Part shown: in pieces, positions 53,716 to 64,000 of the stretch | Position numbering within the stretch: position 1 is the stretch's first letter | How the letters are laid out: each line of letters starts with the position of its first letter | Assembly (NCBI GenBank): GCA_951406725.2 | Contig: OX597816.1 | Span: forward strand, 173,352,001 to 173,416,000 | DNA from: Octopus vulgaris | Lineage: Eukaryota | Direction: 5' to 3' | DNA length: 64,000 bases | The notes under the pieces: model-generated | What the model saw: the letters and a program-made list of their open reading frames with translations, nothing else | The model's database searches: none | Told to the model about the DNA's origin: nothing | Position numbers and translations under genes: made by a program

Positions 53716-54231
53716 CTAGCAGTATCGCCCGGCGTTGCTCGGGTTTGTAAGGGAAATAACTATATAAGCATTTTTAGAGATGTAAAGTATAATAGCCATC
53801 TCAATATGGCTAACCACAAAGGGGGTGTGTTACTGTAACTTTTTACGTTCTGGGATTTAATAATAAATTTTTAGAGAGTTACTTCCCTTATATATGCCAA
53901 AAATGCATTAAAAATGGAAAAAATTGATGGTAAATTTTTTTTAAATCGTAGACTCATTGTAGATGCGCGCTAATACCCAGAAGGGCTCGATATGAATCAC
54001 GACTATAAGATACCCGGTTTTGGTTAAACTGCACCGCAAAATGTGGGAGTAGTTAGGAATCTAAATCATAGGAGACAGACAGCACACAATCTCAGAACGT
54101 AAAAAGCTACAGTAACACCCCCCCCCTTTGTGGTTAGCCATATTGAGATGGCTATTATACTTTACATCTCTAAAAATGCTTATATAGTTATTTCCCTTAC
54201 AAACCCGAGCAACGCCGGGCGATACTGCTAG
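53716..54231. mobile_element. Helitron derivative with two outward-facing 3' ends
   Basis: Arms 53716-53857 and 54088-54231 are inverted, and each ends in hairpin plus CTAG. Confidence 0.85.
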
Positions 54232-55018
54232 TTTGTTTATAAAGGTTAATTTAGTCTAAACTCTGGATTTGCAAGAAACACAGTTGCAAGCTGCCCATGA
54301 AAGGATGAGCAGATATAGAGCACAGACCAGAGAGGAGATATAATAAAATGAGGCAAAAGACAACACCAAAGGAGACGTGAGAAGATGTATGTAGACGAAC
54401 GTCAAGAATATTTAAAGAAAGCTAAACTATGAATGCTACAAAATCATTCATTCTTTCTTAAGTAGGTCCTCTTAATTCTTTCCATTCCATGGAATTTACA
54501 CAGGTCCTACTAGCTATTATCGTCCCTTCTTGGGACACAAAACTCCACTTGTGAAGACCTGTTGAGGCAAGTGGAAATCAAAATCAGAACCAAAATCGAA
54601 GTCGATCAACATCAACAGAAATTGCAGCTGTGATACCAGTGCCGGTGGCACGTAAGCAAACCATCCAATCATGGCTGTTGCCAGCACCGCCCTGACTTGC
54701 CTCCGACTTGACTGATTGAGTGAATGAGTTCACCAAGATCAACTTTATTTCATCTATCAGGGGTCAGTAAAATTATTACCAGTCGGTCATACAGATTGAT
54801 TTTATTGACTATTCTCTGTCCCAAATTCTGTATTCATACACCTCTGTTAGAGATCATTATTATTTGAGTTCAAATCCTGCCTAGGTCAATGTTACCTTTC
54901 ATATGTCAATGAAATGAGTATCACTCATTACTGGGTGCATTATCCTTATCAAATAACTGAATGTATTTCTTTAGATTTATCCATTTATTCCTTCCAGACC
55001 TTCCTTCTAATGTAGTTA

Positions 55019-55417
55019 TCTATATATATAAAAGTGAAGTAGTGTGAGTGTCTGTCTCCTGCGATTTAGATTCCTAACTACTCCCACATTTTGCGGTGCA
55101 GTTTAACCAAAACCGGGTATCTTATAGTCGTGATTCATATCGAGCCCTTCTGGGTATTAGCGCGCGTCTACGATGAGTCTACGATTTTAAAAATAATTTA
55201 CCATAATTTTTTTCCATTTTAAAGCATATTTTTTAAATAAAGGGAAGTAACTCTCTAAAAATGTCTACGATGAGTCAACGATTTAAAAAAAAATTTACCA
55301 TTATTTTTTTCCCATTTTTTAATGCATTTTTTTGCTATATTTTGGCTATAACTCTCTAAAAATGCTTATATAGTTATTTCCCTTACAAACCCGAGCAAGG
55401 CCGGGCGATACTGCTAG
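55019..55417 (+). mobile_element. Short non-autonomous Helitron
   Basis: Same family as 34431. Confidence 0.88.
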
Positions 55418-55516
55418 TGGTTCATAAAGTTATGAAGGGAATATAAAGATGTCGGGTGTGGAACATATAAACTGTCTCAACTAACTTTGGCATTTTATTC
55501 CTCTCTTTGCAAACAG

Positions 55517-55692
55517 TTTGATGAGTGTGGCTCATTTGTAGAGGCAGAAAATATGGATGAAGATTCAAGAAGGAATTGTCTGATTCACTGTGAAAGTGTA
55601 TTTGACTCTTTAGTATGGGTCAGCAAGACATGTATGGCCGGTCCTTTTTACCTGCAGAGAAAAAGCATGATTGAATCAAGTATTGCCAAAGA
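55517..55692 (+). CDS. TTC16: Internal coding exon of TTC16-like gene
   Basis: Acceptor ctctctttgcaaacag|, open frame FDECGSF...SIAK, donor GA|gtaagt (phase 2) joins in frame to 59535. Confidence 0.7.
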
Positions 55693-55835
55693 GTAAGTTT
55701 ACCTCATCAACATCATAGTCATCAACATCATTATCATCAACGTCATAACCATTGCAGTCATTGTTATCATCATCATCATCATCATCTTCATAAGCATTTT
55801 CCCCATACTTACAACACACACACATACACATACCT

Positions 55836-56063
55836 ATACTCTTTACTCTTTACTCTTTTTACTCTTTTACTTGTTTCAGTCATTTGACTGCGGCCATGCT
55901 GGAGCACCGCCTTTAGTCAAGCAAATCGACCCCGGGACTTATTCTTTGTAAGCACAGTACTTATTCTATCGGTCTCTTTTGCCGAACCGCTAAGTGACGG
56001 GGACGTAAACACATCGGTTGTCAAGCAATGCTAAGGGGATAAACACAGACACACAAACACACA

Positions 56064-56107
<44 letters not shown>

Positions 56108-56274
56108 TATACGACGGGCTTCTATCAGTTTCCGTCTACCAAATCCACTCACAAAGCATTGGTCGGCCCGGGACTAAAGCAGGAGACACTTGCCCAAGAT
56201 GCCGCGCAGTGGGACTGAACCCGGAACCATGTGGTTGGTTAGCAAGCTACTTACCACACAGCCACTCCTGCGCC
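55836..56274 (-). mobile_element. SINE family A, full length
   Basis: Family match. Confidence 0.92.
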
Positions 56275-56531
56275 TATCTGTTTTTTGTTTTATCTTTTTT
56301 TTTTTAAAGATTATGAAAATTGTTTCCACATTATTTTGCATTTGCAAGGGCAGCTACTTTGGGTAAACTGTTATTTCCCCGCCATAATCTAGTTGATATT
56401 TTTTGCTTTTTTTAAATATCTTTATTTTTGGATGGGATAAATTAATTTGAATGTTTCCTTTTCCTTTTATGAAAACTATCAAACTTAGCCCAGACACCCT
56501 GTGTATATATATATATATTTATATATTTATA

Positions 56532-56572
<41 letters not shown>

Positions 56573-57125
56573 ATGCGTATGTATGTATGTAGTGAAAGTT
56601 TAAATTTAAATTTAAAATTTAAACTGTGTTTTGAGTATGTTCCACATAGTATGCTGGCAAAGCACATTCACTGCTTATGGCCACCTGGTTCATCCACAGT
56701 AATTGCATGATGGTCACTGGATCTACATGAGGAATTCCTTAGTGCACATTGAGTATAGCAGAAACAATTGATACAGAAGATAGAGTATACTGGGTGCTTT
56801 ATTTATCACAACAATCATTTCAACACATCCTCCATTGCTCCATTGTAGAAATGAATTGTGGGGAATTCTCAAGGATAGGTTGTGTGCAGGAGCATAGTCA
56901 TAAATGACATCCCTTTAGGGTCTTGTTATTGGATGGGTCTTCTCAAGTACTGAAAATAATCATCTCAGTCCTTTATCATCTCTGTGAGGCTCAACATCTT
57001 GAAGTCATTTTTTCACTCCGTTATCAAATGTCTTCCTGGGTTTTCCTCTTCTACTGCTTTCATTCGCATTTAGCAATCAGCACTTCTTTATGCAGCTGTC
57101 CTCATTCATATGCATCACATGTCTA

Positions 57126-57353
57126 TACCTATTTCTTTATTACCCACAAGGGGCTAAACACAGAGGTAACAAACAAGGACAGACATAGGTATTAAGTCGA
57201 TTTCATCGACCCCAGTTCGTAGCTGGTACTTAATTTATCGACCCCGAAAGGATGAAAGGCAAAGTCAACCTCGGCGGAATTTGAACTCACTACGTAACGC
57301 AGACGAAATACCGCTAAGCATTTCGCCCGGCGTGCTAACGTTTCTGCCAGCTC
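57126..57353 (-). mobile_element. SINE family C nested in an old RTE fragment
   Basis: Family match; RTE remnant on both sides (56940-57410). Confidence 0.88.
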
Positions 57354-57612
57354 TCTGCCTTTATACCAGTGCAGTTTTCTCTCTTGCACATTACATATGA
57401 TGCCACTCATGCCCAGTATGTCTTGACATTACACAACAAATATAAATGAGCATCACTATCAGCTACAGGAAAAAGGACCTTGCTTGAAATCGGGTGAAGG
57501 CTGGCAACAAGCAGTACATTCATCTATGAAAATCTACCTCAAAGAATTCCATCTAACCCATGCAAACAGGAAAAGTGTAGAAAAGTGGTTGTTAAATTAA
57601 TAATAATGCTAT

Positions 57613-58576
57613 TGTTACGGAGGTAAAATTAACAGGAGAACAATGTACCCTAGTTCCATTGGTTGGAGTTGAACCGGCGCTCCAGTTGCTCAGGACAACA
57701 AAAAAATCCTTTGTCCTGTCAACGGCAACGGTAAATAATGAGGTTAGGAAGTGGCATTTGATCCCTATACGGTCAGGGAAAGGTTATAAAAAAATTAAAA
57801 TGCCACCCAATAAATGCGAGGTGCAGTTAGCAAGCAGAGTTGAGTTGGCCACAGGGTAGTTGGGAGAGACGGTCGGTCGATGCGGACAGCCAGCCAAGAG
57901 ATGAAGACGGCAAGACACAGATAGAGGTAATGAAGAAGATGACAGTGAAGGGACAGGTATGAGAGACGGTCAGTTAGTGAGATGAAAATTTGTAGTAGGA
58001 GCTGAGAAAGTGTTGCGGACGAGGAACATGTTGCCGGTAATGTTTGTTTATGTTTGAATTTGCTGTAAAATGTGTTAGAAGAAGAGAGAGAAAAGAAAAG
58101 GAAGAAGAACATTGTGTTGGAAGGAGAAGAAGGGGAAAAGAGAAAGAGACTGTAAAAAGAGCTGTAAACTGTGAAAAGAAAGAGAAAGACTTTGTTTTGA
58201 TTGTTTTCCAAACTCTCTGTATTGTGTCGCATGTCAACTGATTGTTGTCGGACGTTGTATTTTGCTAAATGCCATTGATTGTTCTTTTTTTAACTCTGTT
58301 AAATGTCTGTTAACCTTGGAGTTAAATGCTTTTGTTGTGAAATGTTTTGATTGATTTTGTGAAGTTATATAAAGTGTCATATGTAAGCAACTGCCTCCTG
58401 CTGTCTCTCTCCTTTGCTGTTGTGTCGGTTTCTGGCTTGCGTTCGCTGCCTACCTCCGCTTTCTGTGGTGGACTTCCGTTTGACTGAGTGTGATCGTCGT
58501 CGCAGCTTAGGGGCCTTTATCGACCTGGAAGGCCTAGGGTCTTAGGGTCCTGAGTTGAGTGAGTGGCAGCGTAACA
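57613..58576. mobile_element. Solo LTR, probably Gypsy-type
   Basis: TGTTACG...CGTAACA termini, 4-bp TSD CTAT, 964 bp, no coding remnant. Confidence 0.8.
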
Positions 58577-58703
58577 CTATATATACCATTGTCATTTAAG
58601 GTCCATTATCCATGTTGGCATGGATTGGATGGTTTAACAGGAGCTGGCAAACTGAAGAACCACCCAGGGTCTATTGTCTGCTTTGGCATGTTTTCTACAG
58701 CTG

Positions 58704-58741
<38 letters not shown>

Positions 58742-58745
<4 letters not shown>

Positions 58746-59433
58746 GGTCTCCTTGTTTAAGTTGGTGAATGCTGCTACAATCCTTGCCTTCAGTTCATCT
58801 TTGGTGTTACAAAGAGTCTTGTTGGTCTCTCACCAACTGCACCCCACACACAATAATCAAGGGGTTGCAGTCTGGGGAGTTAGGTAGCCAGATGTTAGGG
58901 GTGATGTGGTCGCAGAAATTGTCTGACAGTTATAATTGGGTTCTCCTGTTTGTGTGGCATGGCGCAGAGTCCTGTTGCCAGACACAGGATCTTCCAACAG
59001 CTACCCTATTGACCCAGGGCAGCACTACCTCCTCAAGCACTTGATGTAGGCCTCTGTGTTGAATCTGAGGCCATGTAGGAAGATGAATGGAGGCATAACG
59101 TTGCCATCACTAGAGATCACTCCAAACACAATGATGTTGACTGAATGTTTGATTTTTATCATTCTCGGTACATGTCCCCAGGTTGTTCTGTCCTCAGATT
59201 GACACCCAAACACTTTGAAATGTTCATATTGGAGCTTCCGGCATGAATGCCAAGTAGTATAGCATATCATTTCCAAATATCTGGCAGAGTGAATTGCATC
59301 AGGGTGCTGTTTTGCTCACAGACAGTGCCCAGCTGACCCTACTGTACTGTGTAGTTGACAAAGCCAAAAATAAAAACTATGTATGCATGAAATTAAAAAT
59401 ATAAAGTGGCAACAATTTACTCATTGCACCCTG
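58742..59433 (-). mobile_element. Tc1/mariner (maT/DD37D-like) transposon fragment
   Basis: VFGVISSDG..MPPF.F, WQQDSAPCH and W.PNSPDCNPLDY.VW motifs; TA|CAGGGTG terminus at 59433. Confidence 0.85.
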
Positions 59434-59534
59434 TATATGTATGGTATAAGTAAAGAAACAGGTTCAGGATGAAATTAAATGTGACAAAAAATAAACACAA
59501 TCCATTGATCTACTTTCATTTCTTTTACTTGCAG

Positions 59535-59870
59535 CATAATATCAGCTAAGATTAAGAAGTCAGAAAAGAACTACTGTGAGAGTTTGAAATTATTTAACAA
59601 AGCAGTTCTGATGGACTTCAATAACCCTTTCTACCTAGCTGACCGGGCAGAAGTCTATATCATTCTTGGAGATATTCAGACTGCTATACAAAATTACAGC
59701 CGAGCTGTATTCCTCTACAAAGGCTCACCAGTCTTTAGATCTCGTTTAGCCAAACTTTACTGCCTTCAGGGACAAGTCTTTCTTGACTTCAGAATGTATC
59801 AGCAAGCTTATAAAATTTTTCTCAAAGCTTCCGAGTGGGATCCTGAACAGTTAATATACAAAGCTAAAAG
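59535..59870 (+). CDS. TTC16: TPR-encoding exon of tetratricopeptide repeat protein 16-like
   Basis: Acceptor ttttacttgcag|, donor AG|gtaaat. Translation LFNKAV...RAEVYIILGDIQTAIQNYSRA...RL...LQGQ matches the recalled TTC16 TPR pattern (RAEAY..L.D...A.QN..RA...RL...LQGQ). Confidence 0.85.
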
Positions 59871-60399
59871 GTAAATTTTAAAAAAAAACATTTTTTATTT
59901 TTCATCCCCCATGACCAAGCAGTTTGATATAAAAAAAACTAATAGTATAAGCACCAGATTTAAAATAAGTACTGGGGGCAATTTGTTTGATTAAACTCTT
60001 GAAAGTGGTGCCCCAACATAGCAGCAGTCCTGTGAGAACAATTTTATTGTTATTTGTTCGTCAAACTGCTATGTTCTGGAAAATAAGCACATACACATAC
60101 ATATACACCAGATTTCCATACAGTTTCCTGCCACCAAAATTCATTCTCAAGACATTGGCCCAAGGTGCCACATAATGGGACAGAACCCAAAGCTATGTAG
60201 TTGAAAAGCAGATTTTTGTTAACCACACATTTATGCCTGGCAATATTACCTTATTTGGAAGCAGGTAGGGATTGGCAACAGGTTGTTGAAAATTTGCCTC
60301 AATAAACTCTGTCCAACCTATGCAAGTATGGGGAAATGATGAAATTTTAGTAAAAAAATCAAGTGGCAGTGGTTTCATACTGGCTTTTTGTCTTGGGGT

Positions 60400-60776
60400 T
60401 GGAAGCACTCCGTCGGTTACGACGACGAGGGTTCCGGTTGATCTTATCAACAGAACAGCCTGCTCGTGAAATTAACGTGTAAGTGGCTGAGCACTCCACA
60501 AACACGTGTACCCTTAACGTAGTTCTCGGGGATATTCAGCATGACACAGAGAGTGACAAGGCCGGCCCTTTGAAATACAGGTACAACAGAAACAGGAAGT
60601 AAGAGTGAGAGAAAGTTGTGGTGAAAGAGTACAGCAGGGATCACCACCATCCCTGCCGGAGCCTCGTGGAGCTTTTAGGTGTTTTCACTCAATAAACACT
60701 CACAACGCCCGGTCTGGGAATCGAAACCGCGATCCTACGACTGCGAGTCCGCTGCCCTAACCACTGGCCATTGCGC
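60400..60776 (-). mobile_element. SINE family B
   Basis: Flanking repeat CTTTTTGTCTT. Confidence 0.92.
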
Positions 60777-61175
60777 CTTTTTGTCTTACTAGCCAACAAT
60801 TATTTGACTAGGGCAAAGGTTCTCAACACATTTTGGCCAAAGGCCCTGTTTTGACCCTTGGAGTCACAAATGGCTCCCCTAGAAAATATTTTTATTTTCC
60901 AATAGATTACTTATTTTGATATCAGCAGATAATGATTAAAAAATTAAAGGACGTTGTTTTACATATGTGTTTGTACACAGTTGGGAATACAGATGTACAA
61001 ATTGAAATGAAAGAAAAGATAATGAATTGAAAGTTTGGTAATTGCATTTATTTCCACCACACTACACCCATGAGATCAATGTGTTGTCTATAGAAAGAGT
61101 GCTCCTTGGTACAAGTAAATGCCATTGAAATCATTTCAAACCTATCCGATTTCCCTTATCAAAACAGCGAGAACT

Positions 61176-61572
61176 TGGCTGTGTGGTAAGTAGCTTGTTT
61201 ACCAACCACATGGTTCCGGGTTCAGTCCCACTGCGTGGCACCTTGGGCAAGTGTTTTCTGCTATAGCCCCTGGCCGACCAAAGCCTTGTGAGTGGATTTG
61301 GTAGACGGAAACTGAAAGAAGCCTGTCGTATATATGTATATATATGCGTGTGTGTGTGTGTTTGTGTGTCTGTGTTTGCCCCCCTAGCATTGCTTGACAA
61401 CCGATGCTGGTGTGTTTATGTCCCCGTTACTTAGCGGTTCGGCAAAAAAGACCGATAGAATAAGTACTGGGCTTACAAAAGAATAAGTCCCGGGGTCGAG
61501 TTGCTCGATTAAAGGCGGTGCTCCAGCATGGCCGCAGTCAAATGACTGAAACAAGTAAAGGAGAAAGGAGTA
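61176..61572 (+). mobile_element. SINE family A, 5' clipped
   Basis: Family match. Confidence 0.9.
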
Positions 61573-62864
61573 AGGAGATAAGTTATTGTCACCCAGGAAG
61601 AGGATTTTTTTATGCTCAAGAGAGAGGAGAGTGTATTTGATAGAAATTGTTGAAATATATATGTACTTCATATAAGTAGCAAATTGTGGTGGATGGTAGT
61701 CACTGTACTTGGATCTACTTAGTTTGAGTAACAAAATCGGCCCCCTTTCAAAATGATGTAAAAAAATCTGAAAATTTATCATATTATAAACATTCTTTTT
61801 TTATTCAGGATCTAGTTTGTTTCATCCACAAAATCCTCATTTTTTTTAAAAGAGAGTAAAAAATCTGAAAATTAGTTATCTTGATGCAGTTCTCCATGCT
61901 TATTCCTATGAAACCATGAACTTCTGTAGAAAAAATTTGACACACACAAAGTTTTTTTTTTTTAAATTTGTGGTTTTAATATACAGACAGTCCGAATTTA
62001 CCATTTGTTTTTCTATAATTTCCAAATAATTTTTTAAATACTTCATGATGTGTGCATCATGTCTACAGAATAATAGACAGGCCATCATGAGAACAAAACG
62101 TATGTGTGTATGTAGACATAGATGTATGCGCATGTGTTAAGAACATATAAGGATGGCAATAAGAAGAAAGTGAAAGACTCTAAAGCTATCGAAGTGAGAA
62201 GTTCATAGACAAAAGAAAACCAATACCAGTTCGTTGTCAATAGTACACGGTAGTTGAAATACTGTATCAAGAAGTTGCAGCCGTGATGCTGAGCCAGTTG
62301 CAGGTACAGTCATATGTGAAGTCATGGCTGCTGTCTGAGTCACTTGGTACAGGTTGTATATTTGCTGTTGATCCATGGTGAAGTGTTGGAACCTGGGTGA
62401 ATTGCTTGCTGAGCTGCGTACATAGAGAGATGATGCTGATGATGGTGGCGATGAAGATGGAGGTTGCCATAATGCTGTTGGATGAAGTTTGTAAGTCTCA
62501 ACGTGGCTGCTGTGGTGTTGTCTGAAACTGGCTGTGTCTTTGTGGTCAGTGGCTAGACCTTAAAAGGTCTGGAACCAAAGACTTCGGAACAAAGAAATGC
62601 TGAGTTTTTATAAGGAGCTGTAGGCTCAGACAGGGTGGTGAACAGGCTGTCCCAAGTGATCCTATTTAGGGCCTCCAACTGGTTATACATGGCAAATTAG
62701 CACAACAGAATAAGAGACAAATTGCACCAATACCAACCAATCGGAGTAGTAGATACAATATTGTCCAAATAGTGGCCAAAGGTTAGCTGTTCCCTGCTAT
62801 GTTCAAATGCAAGTATATATAATAAATGGGAGAGAGGAATTTCAGCTGGCTCTATGCTACAAAG

Positions 62865-63345
62865 GTTATGAAGACAAGGAAAGCTCTTAGACTGTCAGGA
62901 ATCACTATCTGGTGGAGTAGGATATGGCTTAGTCAAACATATAGCCAATCAGGTGGCACAGGAAGGTGCCATAACCTATGACTAGTGTAGGAGCATTATA
63001 GTTAGCCACTACAAGGGTAAAAGAAATGCCTTAGAAACAATTTCAGGGAGATCAGGCTGCTGGACCAGTTACAGAAAGAATTATAGCTCAGTTGGTTAGA
63101 AAGCGAATTAGACAAGATGAAATGCAATTTTGTTTTTTTTTTTATGTTAGGGAGAAGTTGTATCTTCGTAGTGAGATAGTTGCAGAAGTATAAGACTAAA
63201 AGTAAACAGTTGTACTGGGCATTCATTGACCTGGAGAAAATCTTCAACAGAGTGCCTTGCTCTGTTATCAGGTGGTCTCTAATGAAGCTAGGAGTAGGTG
63301 GATGGCTTGTTAGAGCCATACAAGCTATGTATTGTGGTGCTGTCA
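62865..63345 (+). mobile_element. Old RTE RT fragment
   Basis: LYWAFIDLEKIFNRVP..VIRWSL.KLG...WLVRAIQAMY. Confidence 0.8.
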
Positions 63346-63417
63346 CTTATATTCACCTCCCTGTAACACACACACACACACACACACTCACATGTATGTA
63401 TGTATGCTATTTTCTAG

Positions 63418-63547
63418 TTTTAGCTGTCTGGTGAAGATGAATTGCGAAGCTGAAGCTTGGGCAACTCTTAACTCATTGATATACGAGTACCCTGACAACT
63501 TAGACCTCATTGTGATGAAGGCTCGTCTTAGGCAACTCTCTGGAGAG
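63418..63547 (+). CDS. TTC16: TPR-encoding exon of TTC16-like gene; gene continues beyond window
   Basis: Acceptor ttttctag| is phase-2 compatible. FSCLVKMNCEAEAWATLNSLIYEYPDNLDLIVMKARLRQLSGE follows the next TTC16 TPR (CL...N.D....ARL). Donor GAG|gtaagg. Confidence 0.8.
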
Positions 63548-63694
63548 GTAAGGATCAAATGACATTTAATTATTTCTGTCATAAATGTAGTTATCCTGTT
63601 ATTGTCTCTACTCTTTCTCTTCTATGTCTGTCTATCTTTTTCTCTTTTTTCTTTCATATTCACACACATATTCATACATTAATATTTATATAAA

Positions 63695-64000
63695 TGGCCT
63701 CCTTGCCGGTGGCATGTAAAAAGCACCATCCGTTCGTGGCCGTTGCCAGCCTCGCCTGGCCCCTGTGCCGGTGGCACATAGCACCATCCGTTCATGGCCA
63801 TTGCCAGCCTTGCCTGGCCCCCGTGGCACGTAAAAGCACCATCCGATCGTGGCCGTTGTCAGCCTCACCTGGCCCCCATGCTTGTGGCATGTAAAAGCAC
63901 CATCCGATCGTGGCCGTTTGTCAGCCTCGCCAGGCCGCCGTGCCGGTGGCACATAAAAAGCACCATCCGTCCGTGGCTGTTTGCCCGCTCCGTCTGGCAC
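63695..64000 (+). repeat. ~60-bp tandem array from RTE 3' UTR (runs off window)
   Basis: At least 5 units of GTGCCGGTGGCACGTAAAAGCACCATCCGATCGTGGCCGTTGCCAGCCTCGCCTGGCCCC-like sequence. Confidence 0.9.

Noticed and set aside
61925-62861. Possible LTR (TGTAG...CTACA)
   Set aside because: No matching TSD and termini ambiguous.
63695-64000. CRISPR-like or twister-like appearance of the 60-bp array
   Set aside because: No unique spacers and a eukaryotic LINE context; the UCCCAAG/GAGGG twister pseudoknot is absent.

Overview
AT-rich, repeat-dense eukaryotic DNA, very likely a coleoid cephalopod (Octopus-type SINEs, RTE LINEs and (TA)n/(CA)n microsatellites). This assignment comes from recognising repeat families, not from a database search. 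The only host gene is the 5' part of a + strand TTC16-like TPR gene, with four phase-compatible coding exons (40283-40720, 55517-55692, 59535-59870, 63418-63547) and a candidate RFX X-box promoter near 33.5 kb. The rest is transposon sequence: three tRNA-derived SINE families, a 5'-truncated RTE LINE plus many RTE 3' fragments, a CR1 LINE, Penelope-like GIY-YIG remnants, non-autonomous Helitrons, piggyBac/hAT-type MITEs, a Tc1/mariner fragment and a solo LTR. The most notable signal is at least nine minimal type-I hammerhead ribozyme motifs from several unrelated families. They lie in short non-coding elements, mostly next to (TA)n and often folded back as palindromes, which fits non-autonomous Penelope-derived elements. 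Most ORFs in the supplied track are microsatellite or SINE artefacts. All structures were read by eye and none were computed.
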